Origin: Acidobacteriota bacterium | GTDB lineage: Bacteria > Actinomycetota > Acidimicrobiia > Spongiisociales > ZC4RG35 | DNA length: 64,000 bases | NCBI GenBank assembly: GCA_022573225.1 | Contig: JACZUI010000003.1 | Span: forward strand, 11,798 to 75,797 | Reading direction: 5' to 3' | Part shown: positions 49,214 through 59,386 of the stretch, one piece after another | Numbering within the stretch: the first letter of the stretch is position 1 | Layout of the letters: each line of letters starts with the position of its first letter | Made by a program: the position numbers and the translations under genes | Notes under the pieces: generated by a model | The model's database searches: none | The model's input: only the letters and a program-made list of their open reading frames with translations | Told to the model about the DNA's origin: nothing

Positions 49214-50551
49214 ATGAGCGATCTCTTTTCGGCGCGCGGGGCCGAGGCTGCTGCCGGTGCTGCACCCCTTGCTACACGGATGCGCCCAAGGTCGCTCGAT
49301 GAGGTGACCGGACAGCCAGGGCTACTCGGTGCCGGGGCTGCCTTCCGAAAGATTGTCGAGTCCGGGCGCCCGATCTCAATGCTTCTGTGGGGTCCTCCTG
49401 GAACAGGGAAGACGACGCTGGCCAGACTGGTGGCGTCTTACGCCGACGCCGAATTCGAGACCCTCTCGGCCACCTCGGCCGGTGTCAAGGACGTCAGGGA
49501 GATTCTTGCCGGAGCGAAGCAGCGCCTCGAGATCGACGAGCGGCGCACGGTCCTCTTCCTCGACGAGATTCACCGATTTGCGAAAAACCAGCAAGATGCA
49601 CTGCTCCCTGGTGTAGAAGACGGGACGTTGGTGCTGATCGGGGCCACCACCGAGAACCCGTTCTTCGAGATCATCACGCCGCTCATGAGCCGGATGACTC
49701 TGTTCCGGCTCGAACCGCTCGGCGCGGACGACATCGGCGGACTGGCTGATCTGGCTCTCGCCGACGGCGAACGTGGCCTGGGTGGTCTTCAACTCGCTCT
49801 GACATCCGAAGCCCGGGAGGAGCTGTCACTCAGGACGGGTGGTGACGCCAGACAGGCGCTCAACGCTCTCGAGGTGGCGGCTCTTCTAACCCAAGGGGAT
49901 GACCGCAGGGAAATCGGCCTCGAGGACGTAGCCGAGGCATTGCAACGGCGCATCGTCCGCTACGACCGGGCCGGCGACAACCACTACGACGTCGTTTCGG
50001 CGTTCATCAAGAGTGTCCGGGGCTCCGACCCGGATGCCGCCCTGTATTGGCTGTTCCTCATGCTCGAAGGAGGCGAGGATCCCGAATTCATAGTGCGTCG
50101 GTTGGTCATCCTCGCTTCGGAGGATGTTGGGTTGGCCGATTCGGCAGCTCTTCAGGTGACAGTGGCGGCAGCGGATGCTCTTGCGTATGTCGGGTTGCCG
50201 GAGGCGGCCTACCACCTGGCGCATGCGACCGTCTATCTGGCCACGGCTCCCAAGTCGAACTCGGTGGCTCTTGCAATGCGTGCAGCGAGGTCGCTGGTCA
50301 CGGAGGGCCCAAGTCCGGCGGTTCCGGCTCATCTGAAGTCTTCCGGCTATTCGGGCGCGGAGGAACTCGGTCACGGTGATGGGTACAAGTACGCCCACGA
50401 CTGGCCTGAGGGCGTTACCCGACAGCAGTATTTTCCAGACGGCGTCGACCCCGTTGCTCTCTATCAACCGGGAGCCAGGGGAGAAGAGGACGGAATCCGC
50501 AGAAGGTTGGAACAGATCGACCGGATTCTCAACAGGTCTGGAAGGAGTTAG
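49214..50551 (+). CDS. rarA: Replication-associated recombination protein A
   Basis: PLATRMRP, GPPGTGKT, DEIHRF, ATTENP, SAFIKSVRGSD. Confidence 0.95.
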   Translation: MSDLFSARGAEAAAGAAPLATRMRPRSLDEVTGQPGLLGAGAAFRKIVESGRPISMLLWGPPGTGKTTLARLVASYADAEFETLSATSAGVKDVREILAGAKQRLEIDERRTVLFLDEIHRFAKNQQDALLPGVEDGTLVLIGATTENPFFEIITPLMSRMTLFRLEPLGADDIGGLADLALADGERGLGGLQLALTSEAREELSLRTGGDARQALNALEVAALLTQGDDRREIGLEDVAEALQRRIVRYDRAGDNHYDVVSAFIKSVRGSDPDAALYWLFLMLEGGEDPEFIVRRLVILASEDVGLADSAALQVTVAAADALAYVGLPEAAYHLAHATVYLATAPKSNSVALAMRAARSLVTEGPSPAVPAHLKSSGYSGAEELGHGDGYKYAHDWPEGVTRQQYFPDGVDPVALYQPGARGEEDGIRRRLEQIDRILNRSGRS

Positions 50552-50745
50552 TGGTGGTGGATCGTCTCTGGTGGTTCGTGACCGGCCTCATCGCTGGGGG
50601 TCTCGTCACCATTCGCGCCCTGAGGCGCCGGCCGACCGCGGGCGACCTCGCTGATGCGGCGATCACCACGACGGCCGACGTCCTCGAACTCACGGCCCGG
50701 GCAGTCCGCCCCAATCGCAACCGCGATCCGAGCCGGCCTCGTTAA
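50551..50745 (+). CDS. Small membrane protein (DUF6167-like)
   Basis: AAGGAG RBS; RLWWFVTGLIAG resembles small actinobacterial proteins found before alaS. Confidence 0.6.
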   Translation: MVVDRLWWFVTGLIAGGLVTIRALRRRPTAGDLADAAITTTADVLELTARAVRPNRNRDPSRPR

Positions 50746-50782
50746 CCTCGCGGCTTCGGAGATTCGCAATGCGGGTGTTGCC

Positions 50783-53407
50783 TTGAATAGCCACCAACTC
50801 AGACAACTCTTCACGTCTTTCTTCAGCGAGAGAGACCACGAGGTTCGTCCGTCGGCGTCGTTGATCCCAACCGATCCCACCCTCCTCTTGACCAACGCCG
50901 GGATGGTCCCGTTCAAGCCCTATTTCCTGGGAGACGAGAAAGCGCCGTGGAAGCGGGCGACATCGATTCAAAAGATCGTACGAACCGTCGACGTCGACAT
51001 CATCGGAACCACCCAGCGCCATCTCTCCTTCTTCGAGATGATGGGCAATTTCAGCTTCGGAGACTACTTCAAGGAGGGCGCGATCAATTGGGCGTATGAG
51101 TTCTGCACCGAGTCCATGGGGCTCGACCCTGAACGCCTCTGGTACACCGTCTACGACACCGACGACGAGGCTCGAGAGATCTGGGTCGATGGCGTAGGGG
51201 TACCGGCCGACCGTGTTCAGAACGGCGGGCGGGACAACTTCTGGCAGATGGGTGTGCCCGGTCCGTGCGGGCCCAGCTCGGAGATCTTTTGGGATAGAGG
51301 CGAGGAGTTCGGGGAAGGGGGCGGTCCGGTGGATGGTGACGAAGACCGCTATGTCGAGTTTTGGAACCTCGTCTTCATGCAGAACATCCAGGACGAGCCC
51401 TATCACGTCATCGGTGATCTGCCGGCCAAGAACATCGACACCGGGATGGGTCTGGATCGGATCGCCGCCGTTCTTCAGGACGTTCCGACAGTTTTTGACA
51501 TCGATACCACCAAGCGGGTGCGCGATGCCGGTGCCGCCTACACCGGGCTCACCTACGGGGACTCTGAGAGTGGTGACGTCTCACTTCGAATCTTGGCTGA
51601 TCACGGGCGTTCGGTCACGTTCCTCATTGGAGATGGAGTCGTGCCCTCCAACGATGGCCGGGGATATGTGCTCAGACGACTCTTGCGCCGGGCTGTTCGC
51701 CATGCCTGGCAATACGGAGGAGCAGGGCTGGTACTACCCGAGCTGGCAAATGCGACCATCGATGCGATGGGGGACTGGTACACGGATCTGGCCGAGAAAA
51801 GGGACTTCATCGTCGATGTCGTCACTCGGGAGGAAGAGCAGTTTCGCAAGACGCTGGAATCCGGTCATCAGTTGCTCGACGCAGAGCTCCAAGGCAGCGA
51901 AGGCACACTTTCCGGACTGACCGCCTTCAAGCTCCACGACACCTTCGGGTTTCCGATAGAGCTGACCAAGGAGATCGCCGCCGAACGTGGGGTCGAGGTG
52001 GACGCGGTCGGATTCGAGCAGGAGATGTCAGCTCAACGGGAGCGTGCCCGGGCGGCTTGGAGAGGGGCGGACCACGCGGTGGCGGCAGAGAGCGTCTACC
52101 GATCGGTGTTGGACCAGATCGGCCTCACGGAGTTCGTCGGGTACACCGACGATCATGCGACCGCGGTGGTCATGTCGATCCTGGCCGACGGGGAATCAAT
52201 CGAGCGTGCCGACGAAGGCAGAGATGTCGAGATCTTCCTCGACAAGACACCGTTCTATGGAGAGTCCGGGGGCCAGGTAGGTGACACCGGTCATGTCGAG
52301 ACCGAAACAGGTCGTGCCCTCATCGTCGACACCCAACACGTTATTCAGGGGCTTCATGGCCATCGCGCCACCGTCGAGGCCGGCCATATCAATGTTGGCC
52401 AGCAGATAAGCGTCTCGATCGACTCCCCGAGACGTGATGCCATCCGAAAGAGCCATACGGGCACACACGTGCTCCACTGGGCTCTGCATGACATCCTCGG
52501 CGACCATGCTGTTCAGGCCGGCTCGTTGGTTGAGCCGGGTCGTATTCGGTTCGACTTCTCGCATTTCTCCCAGATGGCTCCCGAGGAGGTCGCGTCTGTC
52601 GAGACCGAGGTGAACAGGCGTCTCATCGCCAACAGCCACGTCAGCACGACGGTGACATCGAAGGATGAAGCTCAGGAGATGGGCGCACTGGCCTTCTTTG
52701 GCGATAAGTACGGAGAGACCGTCCGGGTGGTGGAGATAGGAGACTTCTCCACCGAGTTTTGTGGGGGAACCCACACTTCCTCCGCCGGCGAGGTGGGTCC
52801 TCTAGTTCTACTGTCTGAGTCGTCGATCGGATCCAACCTGCGCCGGGTCGAGGCCCTGACCGGAATGTCCGCCTACGACCATCTGGTAGGGATGAGGTCC
52901 GGGCTTGATGAGGTTGGCAAAATGCTCAAAGCAAGCCCTCCCCAAGTGCCGGCCCGGGTACGCGACCTGATCGACAAGGTCGAACTCCTCGAGGAGGAAC
53001 TCGACGGAATCAGAAGCCGGCAGCGGGGCGAGCTGGCACGGGAACTCGCTTCCGGCGCGGTGAAATTAGGCGATGTCGCCTATGTGGTCGCCGACGGCCA
53101 GGGGCTAGCCGGCAATGAGCTTCGTCATCTCGCTCTGGGCATCCGGGACCGGATTGACGGCTCGAGTGTCGTGGTCATGGGCTCCAACCACGCCGGTAAG
53201 GGAGCCCTGGTGGGCTTGGTGACATCCGATCTGGTTGAGAGGGGAGTGTCCGCCGCCGACTTGATTCGTGGGGGAGCGCGGGAGCTCGGAGGTGGGGGCT
53301 CGAGCGATCCCGAGCTGGCTCAGGCCGGCGGTCCTGATGGGAAGAACCTCCCGGCGGCGTTGGCTGTCACAAGCGAAGTCGTGGAGAAGTCCCTGAGTGA
53401 CTTGTGA
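50783..53407 (+). CDS. alaS: Alanine--tRNA ligase
   Basis: TNAGMVPFK, GNFSFGDYFK, HTGTH, FCGGTH, GGGG; TTG start inferred. Confidence 0.97.
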   Translation: MNSHQLRQLFTSFFSERDHEVRPSASLIPTDPTLLLTNAGMVPFKPYFLGDEKAPWKRATSIQKIVRTVDVDIIGTTQRHLSFFEMMGNFSFGDYFKEGAINWAYEFCTESMGLDPERLWYTVYDTDDEAREIWVDGVGVPADRVQNGGRDNFWQMGVPGPCGPSSEIFWDRGEEFGEGGGPVDGDEDRYVEFWNLVFMQNIQDEPYHVIGDLPAKNIDTGMGLDRIAAVLQDVPTVFDIDTTKRVRDAGAAYTGLTYGDSESGDVSLRILADHGRSVTFLIGDGVVPSNDGRGYVLRRLLRRAVRHAWQYGGAGLVLPELANATIDAMGDWYTDLAEKRDFIVDVVTREEEQFRKTLESGHQLLDAELQGSEGTLSGLTAFKLHDTFGFPIELTKEIAAERGVEVDAVGFEQEMSAQRERARAAWRGADHAVAAESVYRSVLDQIGLTEFVGYTDDHATAVVMSILADGESIERADEGRDVEIFLDKTPFYGESGGQVGDTGHVETETGRALIVDTQHVIQGLHGHRATVEAGHINVGQQISVSIDSPRRDAIRKSHTGTHVLHWALHDILGDHAVQAGSLVEPGRIRFDFSHFSQMAPEEVASVETEVNRRLIANSHVSTTVTSKDEAQEMGALAFFGDKYGETVRVVEIGDFSTEFCGGTHTSSAGEVGPLVLLSESSIGSNLRRVEALTGMSAYDHLVGMRSGLDEVGKMLKASPPQVPARVRDLIDKVELLEEELDGIRSRQRGELARELASGAVKLGDVAYVVADGQGLAGNELRHLALGIRDRIDGSSVVVMGSNHAGKGALVGLVTSDLVERGVSAADLIRGGARELGGGGSSDPELAQAGGPDGKNLPAALAVTSEVVEKSLSDL

Positions 53408-53808
53408 AGCGCAGTATCGGCGTCGACTACGGAACGAAGCGAGTGGGCCTGGCGATCTCCGATTCGCTGGGCATGGTCGCCACGCCATTGACCGTGCTCG
53501 AGCGCCGGTCGGCGGTCGACGACATCGTCAAACTCGTTCAGGATCGCGATGTCGGTACCATCGTGGTCGGCCTGCCCACCGGGCTTGATGGCACCGAGGG
53601 TCAATCCGCTCGAGATGCCCGGAACCTTGGCGACGAGTTGAAACGTCAAACAGGCGTGGAGGTCGTATTCAGAGACGAGCGTTTTACATCGCGTATGGCC
53701 GAAAACGCTCTCCTCGAATCAGGGATGAGACGCCGCGACCGGAGGAACACGGTCGACAAGGTGGCGGCCTCGATCATTTTGCAGGACTACTTGGACAGCC
53801 AGACATGA
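53404..53808 (+). CDS. ruvX: YqgF/RuvX family nuclease
   Basis: GVDYGTKRVG, VVGLP, DERFTS, VDKVAA. Confidence 0.93.
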   Translation: MKRSIGVDYGTKRVGLAISDSLGMVATPLTVLERRSAVDDIVKLVQDRDVGTIVVGLPTGLDGTEGQSARDARNLGDELKRQTGVEVVFRDERFTSRMAENALLESGMRRRDRRNTVDKVAASIILQDYLDSQT

Positions 53809-54905
53809 CATTCGAGCCAGTTCCCAGCCCATCGCCCTGGGTTCGGGTCACAAAGTTGATCGCTGCCGTCGGCCTCGTCGGAGTCGCCAGCCTGGCCGTC
53901 GTGGGAGGTGCTTCCTACTTGGGTCGTCTTGTCGGCTCCTCGGTCGACGCCGAAGGTGCATCCGCAGAGGAGGTCGTGGTGGTTGCGGGGCGCGCCGTCA
54001 CCGTCGAGATACCGGCGGGCTCATCGGCCAAGGACATAGGGGCCATGCTCGCCGCGCAGGGCGTTGTTCTATCCGCTCTCGAGTTTGAGGTGGCGGTGAG
54101 GTCCACCAACTCGGCGTCCAGCCTCAAGGCCGGCAGCTACAACCTTCAGACTCTCATGGAGCCGAACGAGGTCGTCGCGTTGCTGGTAGCGGGCCCGGTG
54201 GCCAATGTATACCGGTTGACCGTGATCGAAGGTCTGAGAGTCAACGAGATCCTGACTCGGCTCGCCGAGACCTCCGGCCACCCGTATTCGGACTTCGAAG
54301 GGGCGTTGCTCAACGGCGATGTCTCCAGCTCGCTTCTGGTCAGCTCCGACGAGGTGACACTTGCCGATTGGGAAGGCCTCCTCTTCCCCGACACCTACGA
54401 GTTCCGTCGTTCGACCGAGCCGGCCGCCATCCTTCAACGTCTTGCGTCTACGACGGAACAGCGGGTCGCCAGCATTGACTGGTCGAACCTGATCGACCTC
54501 GGTTACACCGAGTACGACGGAATCATCATTGCATCGATGATCGAGGCCGAGACGTTGCTGGATGAGGAGAGGGCGATCGTGTCAAGTGTGATCCACAATC
54601 GGCTCGCGATCGGAATGAAGCTCGATATCGATGCAACCGTTCTATACGCCCTCGGGACCAAAGACATTTCCGAGTTCGACAACACCCTGGACTCGCCTTA
54701 CAACACCTATGTGGTGGCCGGCCTGCCTCCCACGCCGATCGCCGCGCCGGGGCGTTCATCCCTCGAGGCCGCAGCCAACCCGGATGCCACCCCCTACCTG
54801 TTCTACGTCCTCAGTGACCTCGAAGGTCATCACGCGTTCGCCGAGACCATCGATGAGCACTTCAACAATGTGAATCAGGCTCGCGAGGACGGCGTACTTT
54901 CCTGA
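53805..54905 (+). CDS. mltG: Endolytic transglycosylase
   Basis: EGLLFPDTY, ASMIEAE, NRL, SPYNTY, GLPPTPI. Confidence 0.93.
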   Translation: MTFEPVPSPSPWVRVTKLIAAVGLVGVASLAVVGGASYLGRLVGSSVDAEGASAEEVVVVAGRAVTVEIPAGSSAKDIGAMLAAQGVVLSALEFEVAVRSTNSASSLKAGSYNLQTLMEPNEVVALLVAGPVANVYRLTVIEGLRVNEILTRLAETSGHPYSDFEGALLNGDVSSSLLVSSDEVTLADWEGLLFPDTYEFRRSTEPAAILQRLASTTEQRVASIDWSNLIDLGYTEYDGIIIASMIEAETLLDEERAIVSSVIHNRLAIGMKLDIDATVLYALGTKDISEFDNTLDSPYNTYVVAGLPPTPIAAPGRSSLEAAANPDATPYLFYVLSDLEGHHAFAETIDEHFNNVNQAREDGVLS

Positions 54906-54925
54906 TTTGGTGGCACACTTGAGTG

Positions 54926-55708
54926 ATGAGGCAACCACTCGAGTTAGCGGTACTCGGTGACCCGGTAGAGCACTCGCTCTCTCCCGCGATCCACGGTGCG
55001 GCGATGGTGAGTTGTGGATTCGACGGCTCATACACCGCGATCAAGGCAGATCGCCGGATACTCGCCTCGATGATCGACGACCTCCGCTCGGGATCGATGT
55101 CCGGGCTCAACGTGACGATGCCGCTAAAAGGCGACGCAGCTGAATTGGCTGATGTTCTCACTCCAGAGGCGGTGTCCTCACAGTCGGTGAACACGCTGCG
55201 TTATAGGGGAAACCGGGTCGAGGGCCACTCAACGGACGCCGTGGCGTTGGCGAAGTTGATCTCCGAAAACTCGATTGCTGCCCAGACGCCGATACATCTA
55301 CTGGGAGCCGGAGGCGCGGCGGGTGCGGTGTTGGCCGCTGGAGGCGATCGCACGATTTATGTCGCGGCGCGCCGAATGGAGCAGGCAAAGAGCATCGCCG
55401 GGCAATGGCGCCAGGGCCAAACCGTGCCGTGGGGGACGCCTGTGGCCGGTGCTTTGGTCATCAACGCAACACCTCTTGGCATGAAGGGAGAAGACCTTCC
55501 TGAGGGCCTGATCGATGTCGCCTCGGCCCTCATCGACCTCCCGTACGGCAAAGCGGTCACGCCCGCTGTCGAATCGGCTCTCTCCATGGGCCTTCCCACC
55601 GTCGATGGGCTGGCGTTTCTCGTGACCCAGGCCGCCGAGTCGTTTCGGTGGTGGACCGGAGCCGATCCTCCACTGAATGCCATGTTCGAGGCAGTTAGAA
55701 AGACCTAA
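54926..55708 (+). CDS. aroE: Shikimate dehydrogenase
   Basis: HSLSPAIH, NVTMPLK, VNT, GAGGAA, NATPLG. Confidence 0.9.
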   Translation: MRQPLELAVLGDPVEHSLSPAIHGAAMVSCGFDGSYTAIKADRRILASMIDDLRSGSMSGLNVTMPLKGDAAELADVLTPEAVSSQSVNTLRYRGNRVEGHSTDAVALAKLISENSIAAQTPIHLLGAGGAAGAVLAAGGDRTIYVAARRMEQAKSIAGQWRQGQTVPWGTPVAGALVINATPLGMKGEDLPEGLIDVASALIDLPYGKAVTPAVESALSMGLPTVDGLAFLVTQAAESFRWWTGADPPLNAMFEAVRKT

Positions 55709-55768
55709 AGGGCTCACCTCATGAAACCGAATAGGTGGAGATGGATGTTGAAGCAAGGAGTGGTTGAG

Positions 55769-56890
55769 GTGACTCTTTCTGGAAACCTGGGATTCGTCCC
55801 GTTAGACGAGGTCTTGCGCCTTCTTTCCCGAGCAGGGCAAAGCGGCGCCATCGCGGTGAAGGGAGATGACATTCACGGTCGGGTATTCGTCACAGAGAAG
55901 GGTGTTGTTCTCGCAACCACGTCCGATGACGTCGCCTTGCGGGCTCATTTGCTCAATTCCGAATTCATTGATGAGGAGCATCTGCGAAGTGTCGAGTCCG
56001 GTGTCGCCAGTCTGGAGTCGATCAGCGACAACCATCCTGGCTTGATCGATCTCCTCAGGGAGATGACGGTGGAGAGCCTGTTCCAGATGACGAGCCATGG
56101 CGCCACCTTCGAGGTGGACGAGGATGCTCGGACGCCTTTCGAAAGCCCGAAGCCGTTCGAGCTCGAGGGCGTCATCGATGATGCCCGCCGTCGGGCCGGT
56201 GAGTGGTCTGAGATCGAGACATCGCTAACTGACTTGGCCGGTGTCATCAAGATGAAACGCGATTTGGGTGATAGAGACGAGATCACGCTTGGTCGCGACG
56301 CGTGGAAGTTGCTCAGCGAGTTGGGTGCGGGGTCGTCGGTTGGCGAGATGGCAGATCGTCTCGGGACCACGAAGTTTTGGACTGCCCGGGTTGCTTCCGA
56401 TCTGGCTTCGAGCGACCTGGTGGTCGTTGTCGGCGACGACGAGCCAGTGACCGAGCCCGATGACCGAACCGGGGCCGACCAAGCTGACGATAGTTCCGGG
56501 TCTCCAGCTGAGTCCGCAGCCGAAGCCGACGTCGATCCCAACGAGTCATGGTGGGAGGAGCCAGAAGCCGAGGCGGACGATGCTGACGATGCTGACGGTG
56601 AGGAAGTCGAGGAAGTCGAGGAAGTCGAGGAAGCAAAAGAGGACGTTGCCAGCGTGAGTCGGTTCGGAGCATTTACCAGGTCCCGCAACGGCTTGGGCGC
56701 CGCAGGCACCGAGACTGCTCCGACTGACCCGGAGACAGAGTTCGAGAACGTCGAGGATGACACCGAGGCGTTCCTCGAGCAGGTGTTCTCCGAGTTGGAT
56801 CCACCGAAGGACGAGACTGAGGGCCATGGGCTTCTCAAGCGTCGTCGGTTTGGTACGACACTCGAGGATGCACCGAACACCAAAGACTGA
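55769..56890 (+). CDS. DUF4388 (PatA_N-like) domain protein with acidic tail
   Basis: AAGGAG RBS; LSGNLGFVPLDEVLRLL..SG; GAGGAAGTC x3 microrepeat near 56600. Confidence 0.75.
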   Translation: MTLSGNLGFVPLDEVLRLLSRAGQSGAIAVKGDDIHGRVFVTEKGVVLATTSDDVALRAHLLNSEFIDEEHLRSVESGVASLESISDNHPGLIDLLREMTVESLFQMTSHGATFEVDEDARTPFESPKPFELEGVIDDARRRAGEWSEIETSLTDLAGVIKMKRDLGDRDEITLGRDAWKLLSELGAGSSVGEMADRLGTTKFWTARVASDLASSDLVVVVGDDEPVTEPDDRTGADQADDSSGSPAESAAEADVDPNESWWEEPEAEADDADDADGEEVEEVEEVEEAKEDVASVSRFGAFTRSRNGLGAAGTETAPTDPETEFENVEDDTEAFLEQVFSELDPPKDETEGHGLLKRRRFGTTLEDAPNTKD

Positions 56891-56932
56891 TAACACGCTG
56901 GTCTTCGTGACCACAGCTAACTTGCTTCGGCG

Positions 56933-57718
56933 GTGATACAAATCCTCGCCGGAGCTTTTGGCTTTCTGGCGGCGCTCGCGGCCCACGACCTCGCCGCTCA
57001 GGTGCTGGCGGACAATCCTCTACGTCCCTTGGCGGGAACCTGTCCACAGTGTGGGACCAAACGCGGGTGGCTGAGTGCGCGATGCGCATCATGCTCCCGA
57101 CCGATTGCGAGAGAGGTCGGCATCGCTCTTGCCGGCACGATCGGGGCTGTGGCATTTGTCAACACCATTGGAATCACCTGGGCACTAGTCAGCTATATGG
57201 GGTTTCTGGTTCTCTCGCTTGCTCTCGTCATCACCGACATCGAAGCCATGCGGATCGTCGACCGGCTGAACATCCGGGGAACCTTGCTCCTCGTGGTTGC
57301 ACTCGGCGCCGGTGCTGCTCTAGACGGGAGCATCGACGCGTTCTGGCGGGCCTTGCTCGGCGCCCTGGCCTATTTCTCGGGCACCAATCTCGTGTTCCTC
57401 CTGGTGCGCGGACGCGGATTCGGGTATGGCGATGTGAAACTGGCCGTGCAGCTCGGCCTATTCACTGCATACGTTTCCTGGGGCACGCTTGGCTGGTCGG
57501 TATTTCTCACGGCGATGATCGGGGGTCTCATCTCGATTGGTGTGATCGTCGTCGGCTCTGTCGCGAGGAGACAGAGGGCTCGGTCGGGCGTGGGCGCCGA
57601 GACACCAACTCTGCGGGACGCTCTGAAGGTCGAGCTTCCCTACGGCCCGGCCATGGTCGCCGGAGCGTGGATCGCATTGGCCCTGGCCGGAATCGGAGCT
57701 TTTCCTATCCCGTCGTAG
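56933..57718 (+). CDS. A24 prepilin peptidase
   Basis: CPQC...CASC, ITD, GYGDVKL, LPYGPAM. Confidence 0.85.
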   Translation: MIQILAGAFGFLAALAAHDLAAQVLADNPLRPLAGTCPQCGTKRGWLSARCASCSRPIAREVGIALAGTIGAVAFVNTIGITWALVSYMGFLVLSLALVITDIEAMRIVDRLNIRGTLLLVVALGAGAALDGSIDAFWRALLGALAYFSGTNLVFLLVRGRGFGYGDVKLAVQLGLFTAYVSWGTLGWSVFLTAMIGGLISIGVIVVGSVARRQRARSGVGAETPTLRDALKVELPYGPAMVAGAWIALALAGIGAFPIPS

Positions 57719-57728
57719 CATTCGGCCC

Positions 57729-58886
57729 ATGTTGCGGTTTCTAACGGCCGGCGAATCACACGGGCCGGGCCTGGTCACCATCGTCGAAGGCCTACCGGCC
57801 GGGTTGGCAGTGTCAGCCGAAGGAATCTCCGCGGAATTGGCTCGGCGGCGCCTCGGGTTCGGCAGAGGCAAGCGCATGTCGCTGGAGAAGGACCAGCTAG
57901 AGATCCTCGGCGGAGTCCGGCATGGCGTCACTCTGGGCTCACCCGTCGCAGTCCTGGTGCGCAATACGGAGTGGCCCAAGTGGGAGGAAATCATGAGTCC
58001 TGGGCCGGGAGATCCGGGAAAGAAGATCAGCCGTCCTCGACCCGGTCACGCCGACCTTCCCGGAATGCTCAAGTACGACACGGACGACGCACGAAACATC
58101 CTGGAAAGGGCATCAGCGCGGGAGACCGCGGCGCGGACCGTCGTCGGTTACCTGGCCAAAGAGCTTCTGGGTGTGGTTGGTGCAGCTGTTGTCAGCCATG
58201 TGACCGCGATCGGGAAGGCGACGTATGAGGGCCCACCGCCCGGGCCCGAGGATCTGAGGGAAATCGACGCCAGCCCGGTTCGTTGTATCGACCCTGAAGC
58301 AACCGCGGCCATGGTCGTCCTGATCGAAGAGGCGGTGGCCAAGAAGGACACCCTCGGGGGAGTGTTCGAAGTGCTTGCTTTCGGGGTACCGCCAGGAATC
58401 GGATCCCACGTCCATCACGATCGTCGTCTTGACGGGTTGATTGCGGGGGGGCTCATGTCGATACCGGCCATCAAGGGGGTCGAGATCGGCAGCGGATTCG
58501 AGGTGGCGGTCGGCGACGGATCAGCGGCCCACGACGAGATCGTTCAGGGCTCGGAGGGCCTCACCCGGCTGTCCAACCGGGCCGGGGGCATCGAAGGTGG
58601 CATATCCAACGGGCAACCCATTAGAGCGCGGGTGGCCATGAAGCCGATTTCAACTCTGATGCGACCCCTTCAGACCGTTGACATGGATACCGGCCAGCCG
58701 GCTCAGGCAGTCAGGGAGCGATCGGACGTGTGTGCGGTGCCCGCTGCCGCCGTGGTGGGGGAGCAGATGGTCGCCATCGCCCTCGCCGGCGAATACATGC
58801 GCAAGTTCGGCGGCGACACGGTTGAGGATTTCAAGGGCGGCTTCGATTCGTACCTGTCCCGGCTTCAGGATCGAATCAGCAAGTGA
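57729..58886 (+). CDS. aroC: Chorismate synthase
   Basis: TAGESHG, RPGHAD, RASARET, GGIEGG, RSDVC. Confidence 0.97.
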   Translation: MLRFLTAGESHGPGLVTIVEGLPAGLAVSAEGISAELARRRLGFGRGKRMSLEKDQLEILGGVRHGVTLGSPVAVLVRNTEWPKWEEIMSPGPGDPGKKISRPRPGHADLPGMLKYDTDDARNILERASARETAARTVVGYLAKELLGVVGAAVVSHVTAIGKATYEGPPPGPEDLREIDASPVRCIDPEATAAMVVLIEEAVAKKDTLGGVFEVLAFGVPPGIGSHVHHDRRLDGLIAGGLMSIPAIKGVEIGSGFEVAVGDGSAAHDEIVQGSEGLTRLSNRAGGIEGGISNGQPIRARVAMKPISTLMRPLQTVDMDTGQPAQAVRERSDVCAVPAAAVVGEQMVAIALAGEYMRKFGGDTVEDFKGGFDSYLSRLQDRISK

Positions 58887-59386
58887 CGCTTTGGCTGGTA
58901 GGAATGATGGGCGCAGGCAAGACCACGGTGGGCCAGCTCGCTGCCGACGCCCTGGACAAGAAGTTCTTCGACACCGACCAAGAGATTGCTCGAAGGATGG
59001 GCTGTTCGGTCGCCCAACTGTGGGGCGAACTCGGGGAGGGTGCCTTCCGCGACGTGGAGCGAGCGACCATCGCAAGGCTGGCCGACTCCGACGCTGTGGT
59101 GAGCGCGGGCGGTGGGGCGCCGGTGGATCCGTCAAACCGTGCCAAAATATCCTTGTCGGGCAGGTGTGTCTGGCTCAAAGCAGACCCGGCGATCTTGAGT
59201 GAACGTCTCGAGGGGGGCGAGGATCGCCCGTTGCTTCTGGGACACGACAGTCGGGAGGAGGCATTGAGGCAGGTTCTCTCCGACCGCGCCGCCTTCTATG
59301 AGGACGTCGCCGACCATGAGATAGAAACCGACTCGGTGGACCCGGCCGCGGTGGCCGCCGAGATAGTGCGATGGTGGTCGACGTGA
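58883..59386 (+). CDS. aroK: Shikimate kinase
   Basis: GMMGAGKTT, DTD, GEGAFR, GGG, RPLL. Confidence 0.94.
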   Translation: MTLWLVGMMGAGKTTVGQLAADALDKKFFDTDQEIARRMGCSVAQLWGELGEGAFRDVERATIARLADSDAVVSAGGGAPVDPSNRAKISLSGRCVWLKADPAILSERLEGGEDRPLLLGHDSREEALRQVLSDRAAFYEDVADHEIETDSVDPAAVAAEIVRWWST

